Source: a virus
DNA: 64,000 nt
IMG/VR virus record: IMGVR_UViG_3300046011_004498
Coordinates: 1 to 64,000 of that record
Reading direction: 5' to 3' (one strand)
A program made the translations under genes and the position numbers. Below, one piece after another: positions 57,443 through 64,000 of this stretch. The stretch's first letter is position 1; each line of letters opens with the position of its first letter. Below the pieces are notes generated by a model. It worked only from the letters and a program-made list of their open reading frames with translations. It did no database searches and had not been told where the DNA came from.

Positions 57443-58240
57443 TTAGTGACGAAGTTCAGTTCTGTAGTTAGACCAACCAGTGAAGTTAGCATAACGTCCT
57501 TGAACTGGTGTTGCTTGGTGTTCAAATGGACTCAGATGAAGCTGTTCCAAGAGAGTGTTAGCAAGAGCTAAATCCTTAGGGATATTGATAGCTACATCAC
57601 CAATAGGTGTATAGCTTAGCCTTGCTGATCTAGCTGCACTAAGCTTTTTAGCTGTTGGCAGATAGAAGTTCATGGCTTCTCTGGGTTTAACCCAAGGAAG
57701 ATGCCACTCACCAACATTCAATTTCTGGTAAGTAGCATTATCTAGAGCAACTTTAATCATATTGGCAATAAGTTGAAACTCAGGCTGAGCAGCTGCATCC
57801 ATACGAAGATGCAGCCAGTTCCAGTTAGTGCATGTGATTTGGACGTTAATGTAAGTCCAAGGTTCAATCATACGATTGATGATCTGCTTATGAGCATTTG
57901 AAAAGCTCATGAGCCAAGCACAAGTCAATACGATATGCCCTGTGGCGTACCACATGAATTTTGCCCACCAGAGAGCAAGTCCAGTGAGCTCTTCATGTGC
58001 CTGCATACCGGGTTGATTCTTACCCCAGAAAACTGGGGCAGCCATACCCTCACGAGTAAGTTTAAGCATCTTCCTGAAGGGGATGGCTCGGCTAGAGCTT
58101 GCATTCCGGCTTGGGTCTTTGTGAGTCATAACCTCGGAATGAATAAAGCGAGGATATCTGGCTACAATGGTAGCGATCTTATCGCCCCATGGATTTACGG
58201 ATGCGAGAATTACTCGCACGTCAAAAAGATGTGATGTCAT
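57443..58240 (-). CDS. thyX: Flavin-dependent thymidylate synthase
   Basis: PRFIHSE..TH...SRNASSSRAIP, AQPE, SAAR.AR.SY, HLSPFEH. Confidence 0.88.
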   Translation of the reverse strand: MTSHLFDVRVILASVNPWGDKIATIVARYPRFIHSEVMTHKDPSRNASSSRAIPFRKMLKLTREGMAAPVFWGKNQPGMQAHEELTGLALWWAKFMWYATGHIVLTCAWLMSFSNAHKQIINRMIEPWTYINVQITCTNWNWLHLRMDAAAQPEFQLIANMIKVALDNATYQKLNVGEWHLPWVKPREAMNFYLPTAKKLSAARSARLSYTPIGDVAINIPKDLALANTLLEQLHLSPFEHQATPVQGRYANFTGWSNYRTELRH

Positions 58241-58649
58241 AAGTACCGGGTTTTGCTGGGTTTCTAATACGGTTCAGATATTCAAGATTTTCATCATCTG
58301 CCGCAAATAACAGATACACTAATACCCCATTTGAGAAGATGGGAATTATCCAAATTTTAACGGCTATGACATCGCCTAAATCATCTAAGAGATAAATAGT
58401 TACTAGCTGTCTACTTCGATCAGTTGAGTCAACAGAAGCCATTTTATTATGTATTAGTTTGATTACACCTCTATCTACGACAACACATTCATCTAGTTTT
58501 TCCAAATAATCAATGTGATGTATTAAACGATTGAAGGGTACTTCAGCTAAACTATTAGGCTTAGGTGGTTTTAATGCTGGGTCTACCTCAGGATTTGACC
58601 ATACATTTTCAAAACCTGGTGGATTATTTCCTAGCTGGGATGGGAGCAT
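58221..58649 (-). CDS. Hypothetical protein (AT-rich)
   Basis: Likely start MLPSQL overlapping the end of the deaminase gene. Confidence 0.55.
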   Translation of the reverse strand: MLPSQLGNNPPGFENVWSNPEVDPALKPPKPNSLAEVPFNRLIHHIDYLEKLDECVVVDRGVIKLIHNKMASVDSTDRSRQLVTIYLLDDLGDVIAVKIWIIPIFSNGVLVYLLFAADDENLEYLNRIRNPAKPGTYDITSF

Positions 58650-59115
58650 TTTCTTGGTCCTGATATTTCCCAACATAGGTTGACGTATGTTGAATCTCCT
58701 CAAAGAGGACTTGAACAATACCGGAACCAGCAGGAATATAGACACGTTCGTTGCCGTGAAAGACAACTTCAAGGGTAAGATAGCCTCTCCAGCCCGGCTC
58801 AATGACTGTACTGAAGGCAGCATCTACCCCATGTCTAGCCCATGTAGATTTGTTTGATACACGACCAACTAGGGTCTCAGGCATATCAAAACATTCCATA
58901 CTTGAAGCAAGTGTAAATCTACCGGGCCTCCATACACCGTCAATAGCGGTCCACGGACCCTCATCATTGGTCATGAAGTGAATAGATTGTTTGGTTCTAA
59001 TGTCATAACCAGCTTCAGTTAGACCGTAAGAACCTCCATTTGGAAAGGCAATCTTATGTTGTTCCATGTCCTTGATGGGGTTCATGGCATACAGAGATGG
59101 TCCATTGATGATCAT
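58624..59115 (-). CDS. dcd: dCTP deaminase
   Basis: SYGL..AGYDIR, KSTWAR.G, IEPGW.G.LTLE, GKYQ. Confidence 0.9.
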   Translation of the reverse strand: MIINGPSLYAMNPIKDMEQHKIAFPNGGSYGLTEAGYDIRTKQSIHFMTNDEGPWTAIDGVWRPGRFTLASSMECFDMPETLVGRVSNKSTWARHGVDAAFSTVIEPGWRGYLTLEVVFHGNERVYIPAGSGIVQVLFEEIQHTSTYVGKYQDQENAPIPARK

Positions 59116-59312
59116 TAAGAGTAGCCTCGGGCTGCGGCCAGAATAGCTTTGTAACGTCGCTTCTCTTTTTCAATAAGAAGTTCCGTTTGTTTAATCATAT
59201 CTGGTCCATTATCAGGATGGCGTAGATGAGTTTTGAATAATGCTGGCAAATCAATTGCCAATGATGCTCTAATCATTTCATCTGTTGGTTCAGTAGGCAC
59301 TTTGATAGTCAT
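59115..59312 (-). CDS. Hypothetical protein
   Basis: VP.EPT.EMI...YKAILAAA pattern common in phage small proteins. Confidence 0.6.
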   Translation of the reverse strand: MTIKVPTEPTDEMIRASLAIDLPALFKTHLRHPDNGPDMIKQTELLIEKEKRRYKAILAAARGYS

Positions 59313-60484
59313 TAGTGGGCTACCTGAATGTGGATCAACTTGCCTTGATTGACAGTTGCTCCGGGGTTGTTGATACAAAGCCATAGAATCGGGATACCTT
59401 CGACGTGGCTCATAATAGGGCAGTCTAGGTCAGTCATGACTACAGCCCCAGCAGGACGGCTTTTCTTGAGGTACTTAGCCACACATTCAAGACTGGTTCC
59501 TCCTCGACCAACAATCTCAATTTGTTCGAGAGATGCACCGGGAGTAAATGTCTGAACTTTCTGGATTCGAGTATCAAACTGAATGAGATTCAAAGCTTTT
59601 GGCTTAAGAACTCCGTGAATGAAGCTGATTTCAGCCAACATCTGCTCTTCCATCCCGGTAGTTACAGAACCAGAGACATCAAAGAAGAAGTCCATTTCCA
59701 TCAATCGACCACGTTTTCCACGAGCAGGAAGGATGACGTGATTATATCGACGATTGCGTTTGGAATAGTTAAGACCAGACTTAGCTTTATCTTGAGCAAA
59801 GTCTTTGAGCTCAGACTTCCAGTTTACTACTGGTTGGTTCCTTTTACGGATCATTTCAGAGATAGCTTCTACCTCTTTAGATGAATAACCAGTTCGTTGT
59901 TGAGCCATCGCAGCAGCATGTACAGCTTGCACGATTTCTTCGATTTTAGCGGGGTCATCAGGTTCGACAAGGTCTTGGTCGTCTGGATCATTAGACCAGC
60001 ACCCAGCCTGCTTTACGGGGCCTGTACCGGGTTTTCCTTGACCACCTGAACCACCACCAGAGGGAGGCGGATCAGGCAAGAGATCATAGACCTCTTCAGC
60101 TGTCATGTTTCTAAAGACAGAATCAAGGAGAGGAGATACCCCATCAAAGGAGTATCCCTCATCCTTTAGCTGTAGATTAATGACAAAATCAGCAGCCCAG
60201 TTGAACTTCTTATGATTAAGTCCTTGAGCTCGAAGAGGATGAAGATAACCAATATGACGCAGTTCATGCATCAAAATGGTGGGACGGGTTAGTTCAGGAA
60301 TAGAACTAAACCAGTCAGGGTTAATCTCCATGGTAAGACCATCTGTCTGAGCGGTCTTAATCTTAGTATTCCATGTAATATCCATGGAACACATCAATGA
60401 ACCAAGAAAGGCACCTTCTCCGGGATGGAGGAAGATTTCAAACTTGGCACTATCGAGCATAGTGTTCAGCTGTGGCGTGGTCAT
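59312..60484 (-). CDS. Metallopeptidase-vWA domain protein (N4 gp25-like)
   Basis: TAQTDG, HELRH, N.AAD..IN, DVSGS MIDAS, GRGGT, TD. Confidence 0.88.
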   Translation of the reverse strand: MTTPQLNTMLDSAKFEIFLHPGEGAFLGSLMCSMDITWNTKIKTAQTDGLTMEINPDWFSSIPELTRPTILMHELRHIGYLHPLRAQGLNHKKFNWAADFVINLQLKDEGYSFDGVSPLLDSVFRNMTAEEVYDLLPDPPPSGGGSGGQGKPGTGPVKQAGCWSNDPDDQDLVEPDDPAKIEEIVQAVHAAAMAQQRTGYSSKEVEAISEMIRKRNQPVVNWKSELKDFAQDKAKSGLNYSKRNRRYNHVILPARGKRGRLMEMDFFFDVSGSVTTGMEEQMLAEISFIHGVLKPKALNLIQFDTRIQKVQTFTPGASLEQIEIVGRGGTSLECVAKYLKKSRPAGAVVMTDLDCPIMSHVEGIPILWLCINNPGATVNQGKLIHIQVAH

Positions 60485-60492
60485 GAAAATCC

Positions 60493-61566
60493 TTAAGGGT
60501 TACGCCTCCGCAGATTGCGTTGGGCGTCAATGATAACAGGATGAGAACGAGGGATTTGTTTGGTTGGATCGGCCAGAGCACCTCGCAAGAAGGTGACTCG
60601 GAATTCTGGGTCCAAGCGTTCGATGAATTGATAGATGTCCTGTAGATTAGAAACATCTACGTCTTTACGAAGCTGAACCACCAGAGCAAATTGAAGACCA
60701 CGGCTATTAGGCACAGCAATCACTGTAGGATCATTGATAATAGCTTTAGTTGTAGGAATCTGTCCGAATGTACGACAGAATGTAATGAACTCACGCCCAA
60801 TTTCTGTACCCAACAGACCTTCAGCAGACGCTCTGTTGTGTGTTGCCTCGTAGTTAAATCCTGTTTGAGGATCACCACGAGAGTCTGTCCATTGGAACAG
60901 TTCTTGGGTTTTCATACGTTGTTGTTGCATGTCCCATGTACGAGGACAGGCATAAGGGTCTTCAGCTTTGCTTGGATCAAACACATGACAGTGTTCTGGT
61001 TTCCATTCGAGATAAGCAGCTACCCGGTATTCCCAGCCAAATTTAGCCACCACATCTTCAAGGAAGATAGTGGGGTCAAATCGCATCTCGTAATTCACCA
61101 TACGTGATGTCATGGCGGAAGACTGAGTGTTAACAATAGCGTTGTCAGTCTTCAGATTACCAGCAGCGACAATGTAAACCATAGGGTGTAGCTTGGCTTG
61201 ACCTGCCTTTTTGTTGAGAACCAACGAATAAAGAGCAGCTTGTGTTTCAATTGATGCAGAATTGATTTCATCAATGAACAAGAGCCAACCAACATAACCA
61301 TCGGGGATCGGTGTATCTTCAGTTGGGAACATCTCAAAGGTTTTGAAGATAGCGTGTTTACCAGCAACATCAGGAAAACCATTCACATCTGTTGGTTCAA
61401 GCATTGAACCATGTACAATAATGGGGAATAGTCGTGCTTCTTGGGCAATACCACTAATCAAAGCAGTCTTACCAATGCCGGGATTTCCTTTAACAAAGGA
61501 AACAATACCTGATTCAAGATCAATCTTGATAGCTTCAGTAAGATCACGAGAGTTAAGAGGGGTCAT
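60493..61566 (-). CDS. MoxR-like AAA+ ATPase (N4 gp24-like)
   Basis: GNPGIGKT, LFIDE, AAGN, PRTW. Confidence 0.9.
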   Translation of the reverse strand: MTPLNSRDLTEAIKIDLESGIVSFVKGNPGIGKTALISGIAQEARLFPIIVHGSMLEPTDVNGFPDVAGKHAIFKTFEMFPTEDTPIPDGYVGWLLFIDEINSASIETQAALYSLVLNKKAGQAKLHPMVYIVAAGNLKTDNAIVNTQSSAMTSRMVNYEMRFDPTIFLEDVVAKFGWEYRVAAYLEWKPEHCHVFDPSKAEDPYACPRTWDMQQQRMKTQELFQWTDSRGDPQTGFNYEATHNRASAEGLLGTEIGREFITFCRTFGQIPTTKAIINDPTVIAVPNSRGLQFALVVQLRKDVDVSNLQDIYQFIERLDPEFRVTFLRGALADPTKQIPRSHPVIIDAQRNLRRRNP

Positions 61567-61605
61567 AAGGTCTATCCTTGATGAGAGAAAAACAGGAATT
61601 CTAAG

Positions 61606-61636
61606 AAAAAAGGCTCCTGATTTCTCAGGAGCCTTT
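61606..61636 (-). terminator. Intrinsic terminator
   Basis: AAAGGCTCCTGA/TCAGGAGCCTTT, GAAA loop on the minus strand. Confidence 0.8.
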
Positions 61637-61638
61637 CT

Positions 61639-61806
61639 TTATTTTCTACCAAATAAGGCACAAAGTGCGATTAAAGGCCAAAACAAGATAGTGGAGAATT
61701 GTAGTGTTAACCACCACATATCTCCCCATATTCGAGCACTTTCGACAACAATCATACCAATGATGATATAAACTATTACAGCTAAGATAATTGTAAATCC
61801 GATCAC
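61639..61806 (-). CDS. 55-aa membrane protein (not in ORF track)
   Basis: GTGA-coupled to the upstream gene; two hydrophobic segments ending LFWP. Confidence 0.5.
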   Translation of the reverse strand: MIGFTIILAVIVYIIIGMIVVESARIWGDMWWLTLQFSTILFWPLIALCALFGRK

Positions 61807-62240
61807 TTGTCTTTTCCTGTTCGAGGGTCGCGCAAATAGGCGACGGACCCCTTGGGTGCGTTCGCGGGGAGTTCGTCCAGCGAGCCGACCGTGATCGCGT
61901 CTTCTCCTGTAAGGGCGGCTCGGACCCGCTCGCGCTCGTGCTTCACAATCTCGAAGTTGGTGTTGCCCATGATTTCTCTGGCATCACATTCAAAGGCTGT
62001 GACTTGCGCGAGGGCATGATCGGCAGACTTAAGCGCCCCCCGCAGCCTCTCTATCTCAGCGGCTTGGCGTTCAGAGGCTGCGTCAATAGCTGCGACAAGG
62101 GCACCCATCTGGTCATTTGCATCCACGTCTCGCAGGTGTCTGTTGCGAGCGCGGTCAGCGGCTTCGTAAATAGGGTTTTTCCAGACGCCATCCGGGACAC
62201 CTGCGTTATCGCGCAGACCGGCTATGTCAGTGGTGGTCAT
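61803..62240 (-). CDS. Hypothetical protein in the GC-rich island
   Basis: MTTTDIAGLR start, AAGGAAG SD, ATGA coupling. Confidence 0.65.
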   Translation of the reverse strand: MTTTDIAGLRDNAGVPDGVWKNPIYEAADRARNRHLRDVDANDQMGALVAAIDAASERQAAEIERLRGALKSADHALAQVTAFECDAREIMGNTNFEIVKHERERVRAALTGEDAITVGSLDELPANAPKGSVAYLRDPRTGKDK

Positions 62241-62380
62241 TTCGGTTGCTTCCTTTCTCGCGCTTCGCGGACGTAGCGAGCGCCGTTGAACAGGTGGTCC
62301 AGCAGAAGCAGCAGGAAGCTGGCCGCCACGCCGAACAGCCCGATGATGACCAGCCCGATGAACTGCAAGAGCAGGGTCAT
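62237..62380 (-). CDS. 47-aa membrane protein in the GC-rich island (not in ORF track)
   Basis: MTLLLQFIGLVIIGLFGVAASFLLLLLDH...; GGAGG SD; ATGA overlaps at both ends. Confidence 0.6.
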   Translation of the reverse strand: MTLLLQFIGLVIIGLFGVAASFLLLLLDHLFNGARYVREARERKQPK

Positions 62381-62922
62381 GCCTCCCTCCCTGTATCGGT
62401 AGGGGCGGTAGGCAAAGGCATCCAGTGCTCAGGATCACGAAAGATGCCTTCAGCGACGCACCAGCCGATCTTTGCGTCCCACCAGTGAACCTCTGGCTCA
62501 AAGCCGCTCATTACGGCAAGGAAGCGCGTCCCGTCCTTCGGAGCCGTCGCAATGTCCCGCCACCCTGTATCGGTGGCCTTCGTGCCAAGGGCTGCGAGGA
62601 TGGCGTCGGCGTCGTCCAACGTGTGACAGATGCCTTTCGTTGGGGCGTGGCGCTCGATAGCCGCCTCGACTATCTCCGCGACCCTCTGGCGCTGCTCCTC
62701 GGTTTCCCCTACCGGAACGACAGGGGATGCTCCGCAAACGGCGCACGGAACATTCGGGAACGTCGGGTGTCCTTCGCAGCCGCTGCAAGCCACCACCCCC
62801 TCTGGTGCAGGGGTGCGGGCAGCCAAGCGGCGTTCGCACTCGGCCCACGTCACGACTTCGCCGCCCTCAATACGCACAAGGGCATCCGGCGACAGGGTGA
62901 CGGTCGGCATAAACGGGGTCAT
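62377..62922 (-). CDS. DUF551-like protein with a CxxC pair
   Basis: WRDIATAPKDGT...HWMPLP; CSGC/CAVC; own SD and ATG at 62922. Confidence 0.7.
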   Translation of the reverse strand: MTPFMPTVTLSPDALVRIEGGEVVTWAECERRLAARTPAPEGVVACSGCEGHPTFPNVPCAVCGASPVVPVGETEEQRQRVAEIVEAAIERHAPTKGICHTLDDADAILAALGTKATDTGWRDIATAPKDGTRFLAVMSGFEPEVHWWDAKIGWCVAEGIFRDPEHWMPLPTAPTDTGREA

Positions 62923-63201
62923 TGGCTCTTTCCTTTCAGGGTGGCGCGGGCGCTGTCGGAAATCACCGACCGTTAGAGCGCGGCGGAAAACAGCCGCATG
63001 GCCGTCAGGCATTTCGGCGTCTGGCTCCCACTCGACAGAAACCAGCCGCTCCAACGCCCGTCCACGCTCCTGGTAGTCGAGCAGAAGGGCGCGGAGGTCG
63101 GATGCGGCTTGCGCGGATGAGAACGCCCACGGTTCGTGAGTAGAGCTATCCAGCCACGCAGCAAGCGCGAGGGTTCGCCTCTCCATATCGTCGGGGGTCA
63201 T
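62919..63201 (-). pseudogene. Hypothetical gene with an apparent +1 frameshift fusing it to the downstream gene
   Basis: Span is 3n+1; removing one base near 62954 gives GDFRRARATLKGKSQ-stop with an ATGA overlap. Confidence 0.5.
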
Positions 63202-63341
63202 GCTGCTCTCCAAAGGTTCGGCGGGCCATAAAGGCGAGCGCACAAGGCGTGGAACCGCAGCGACCACTTGATGAACTGGCGGCTTGTTTGCGCGGTGTCC
63301 TTCCGCCGTTTGTATTTGGCCAGACGACGACGTGCGGTCAT
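63198..63341 (-). CDS. 47-aa basic peptide (not in ORF track)
   Basis: MTARRRLAKYKRRK...; AGGAG SD; ATGA overlaps at both ends. Confidence 0.55.
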   Translation of the reverse strand: MTARRRLAKYKRRKDTAQTSRQFIKWSLRFHALCARLYGPPNLWRAA

Positions 63342-63535
63342 GCTGCTTCTCCTTTTGGTTTATGAACAAACAGCATATTATCAATATGACTTCTAAGTCT
63401 AATGAGTTTTTCAGCTGTCCAAGGGTCAGTAGAATCATATCTTATATGGTTATTACCATGAAGAAGATTTGAAATAGCTTGAAGTTCATCTACAGTAACT
63501 GTAAGAGGAACTATAGTATTATTAGGTTGTGTCAT
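63338..63535 (-). CDS. Hypothetical protein
   Basis: AGGAGG SD; ORF track. Confidence 0.65.
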   Translation of the reverse strand: MTQPNNTIVPLTVTVDELQAISNLLHGNNHIRYDSTDPWTAEKLIRLRSHIDNMLFVHKPKGEAA

Positions 63536-63563
63536 AATTAGTACCTCCTAGTTGAGTTTCAAA

Positions 63564-63599
63564 TAAAAAATAACCCGCTCCTCCGAAGAGAAGCGGGCT
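63564..63599 (-). terminator. Intrinsic terminator with UUCG loop
   Basis: GCCCGCUUCUC-UUCG-GAGGAGCGGGU followed by a U tract. Confidence 0.8.
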
Positions 63600-63623
63600 A
63601 CTTTGTTTAAGTTATTGCCTATA

Positions 63624-64000
63624 TTAAGCAGTAACAGTCACGGTAATCATATCTATCAGACCACTGGATGTGTTCGTAACAGTGATAACGGTTGTACCAG
63701 CAGCAACACCAGTGACCAGACCACCTACCGAGACAGTAGCTTTTGCCGGAACGGACGAAGCATAAGTCACAGCTTGAGGCTCAGTGGTATTGGTAGGAAG
63801 AACCACAGGAGCCAGTTGTCTGGTAGCAGCAACGGCAAGAGAGAAGTCATTACCGGCGTTGACTCCAGTAATGGGAACAACATTGATGATGCGATAAGCT
63901 GCATAATCAAATCTACCAGCCTTAATCATCAGTTCTTGAATGTGATGATAAAGAACATGACTAACGTTGTTACCAACAGAGTCATCAGCATTGGCAGCGA
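63624..64000 (-). CDS. Ig-like (Big_2) domain virion decoration protein, 5'-truncated by the window
   Basis: V.P.......VTY.SS....ATVS..GLVTGVAAGT..ITVT. Confidence 0.75.
   Translation of the reverse strand, partial: AANADDSVGNNVSHVLYHHIQELMIKAGRFDYAAYRIINVVPITGVNAGNDFSLAVAATRQLAPVVLPTNTTEPQAVTYASSVPAKATVSVGGLVTGVAAGTTVITVTNTSSGLIDMITVTVTA

Noticed and set aside
63572-63599. CGAAG-containing hairpin as a fourth vRNAP promoter (also at about 746-771)
   Set aside because: These are reverse complements of C(UUCG)G RNA tetraloops with G-U pairs, not perfect 5-bp triloop DNA hairpins.

Overview
About 64 kb of an N4-like (Schitoviridae) lytic phage genome, circularly permuted so that the probable genome end lies near 2.76-2.94 kb. 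The minus strand at 1-2.76 kb carries early genes, including an N4 gp2/Drc homologue, driven by three N4-type hairpin promoters for the virion RNA polymerase (vRNAP). The minus strand at 2.9-5.6 kb carries small genes and a 1.4 kb non-coding block of four tRNAs interleaved with many other structured RNA elements. The plus strand at 5.8-37.4 kb carries an Acb2-like anti-CBASS sponge, terminase, lysis cassette, portal, capsid and ejection proteins, the 3.5k-aa vRNAP and a tail-fibre module. The minus strand at 37.4-64 kb carries middle genes: SSB, primase, DNA polymerase, helicase, rIIA/B, ThyX, dCTP deaminase, a MoxR/vWA pair, a second fibre module, a GC-rich foreign island and an Ig-domain protein. 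The most novel-looking signals are non-coding: (i) a ~320-nt, densely folded early RNA with its own vRNAP promoter and a Met-Asn-stop minigene behind a perfect SD; (ii) an array of unannotated structured RNAs packed around the tRNAs; (iii) a repeated GA-CCCUAC-UC hairpin with unrelated stems. All homology calls come from recalled motifs and synteny, and all RNA structures were paired by eye; no searches or folding programs were run.
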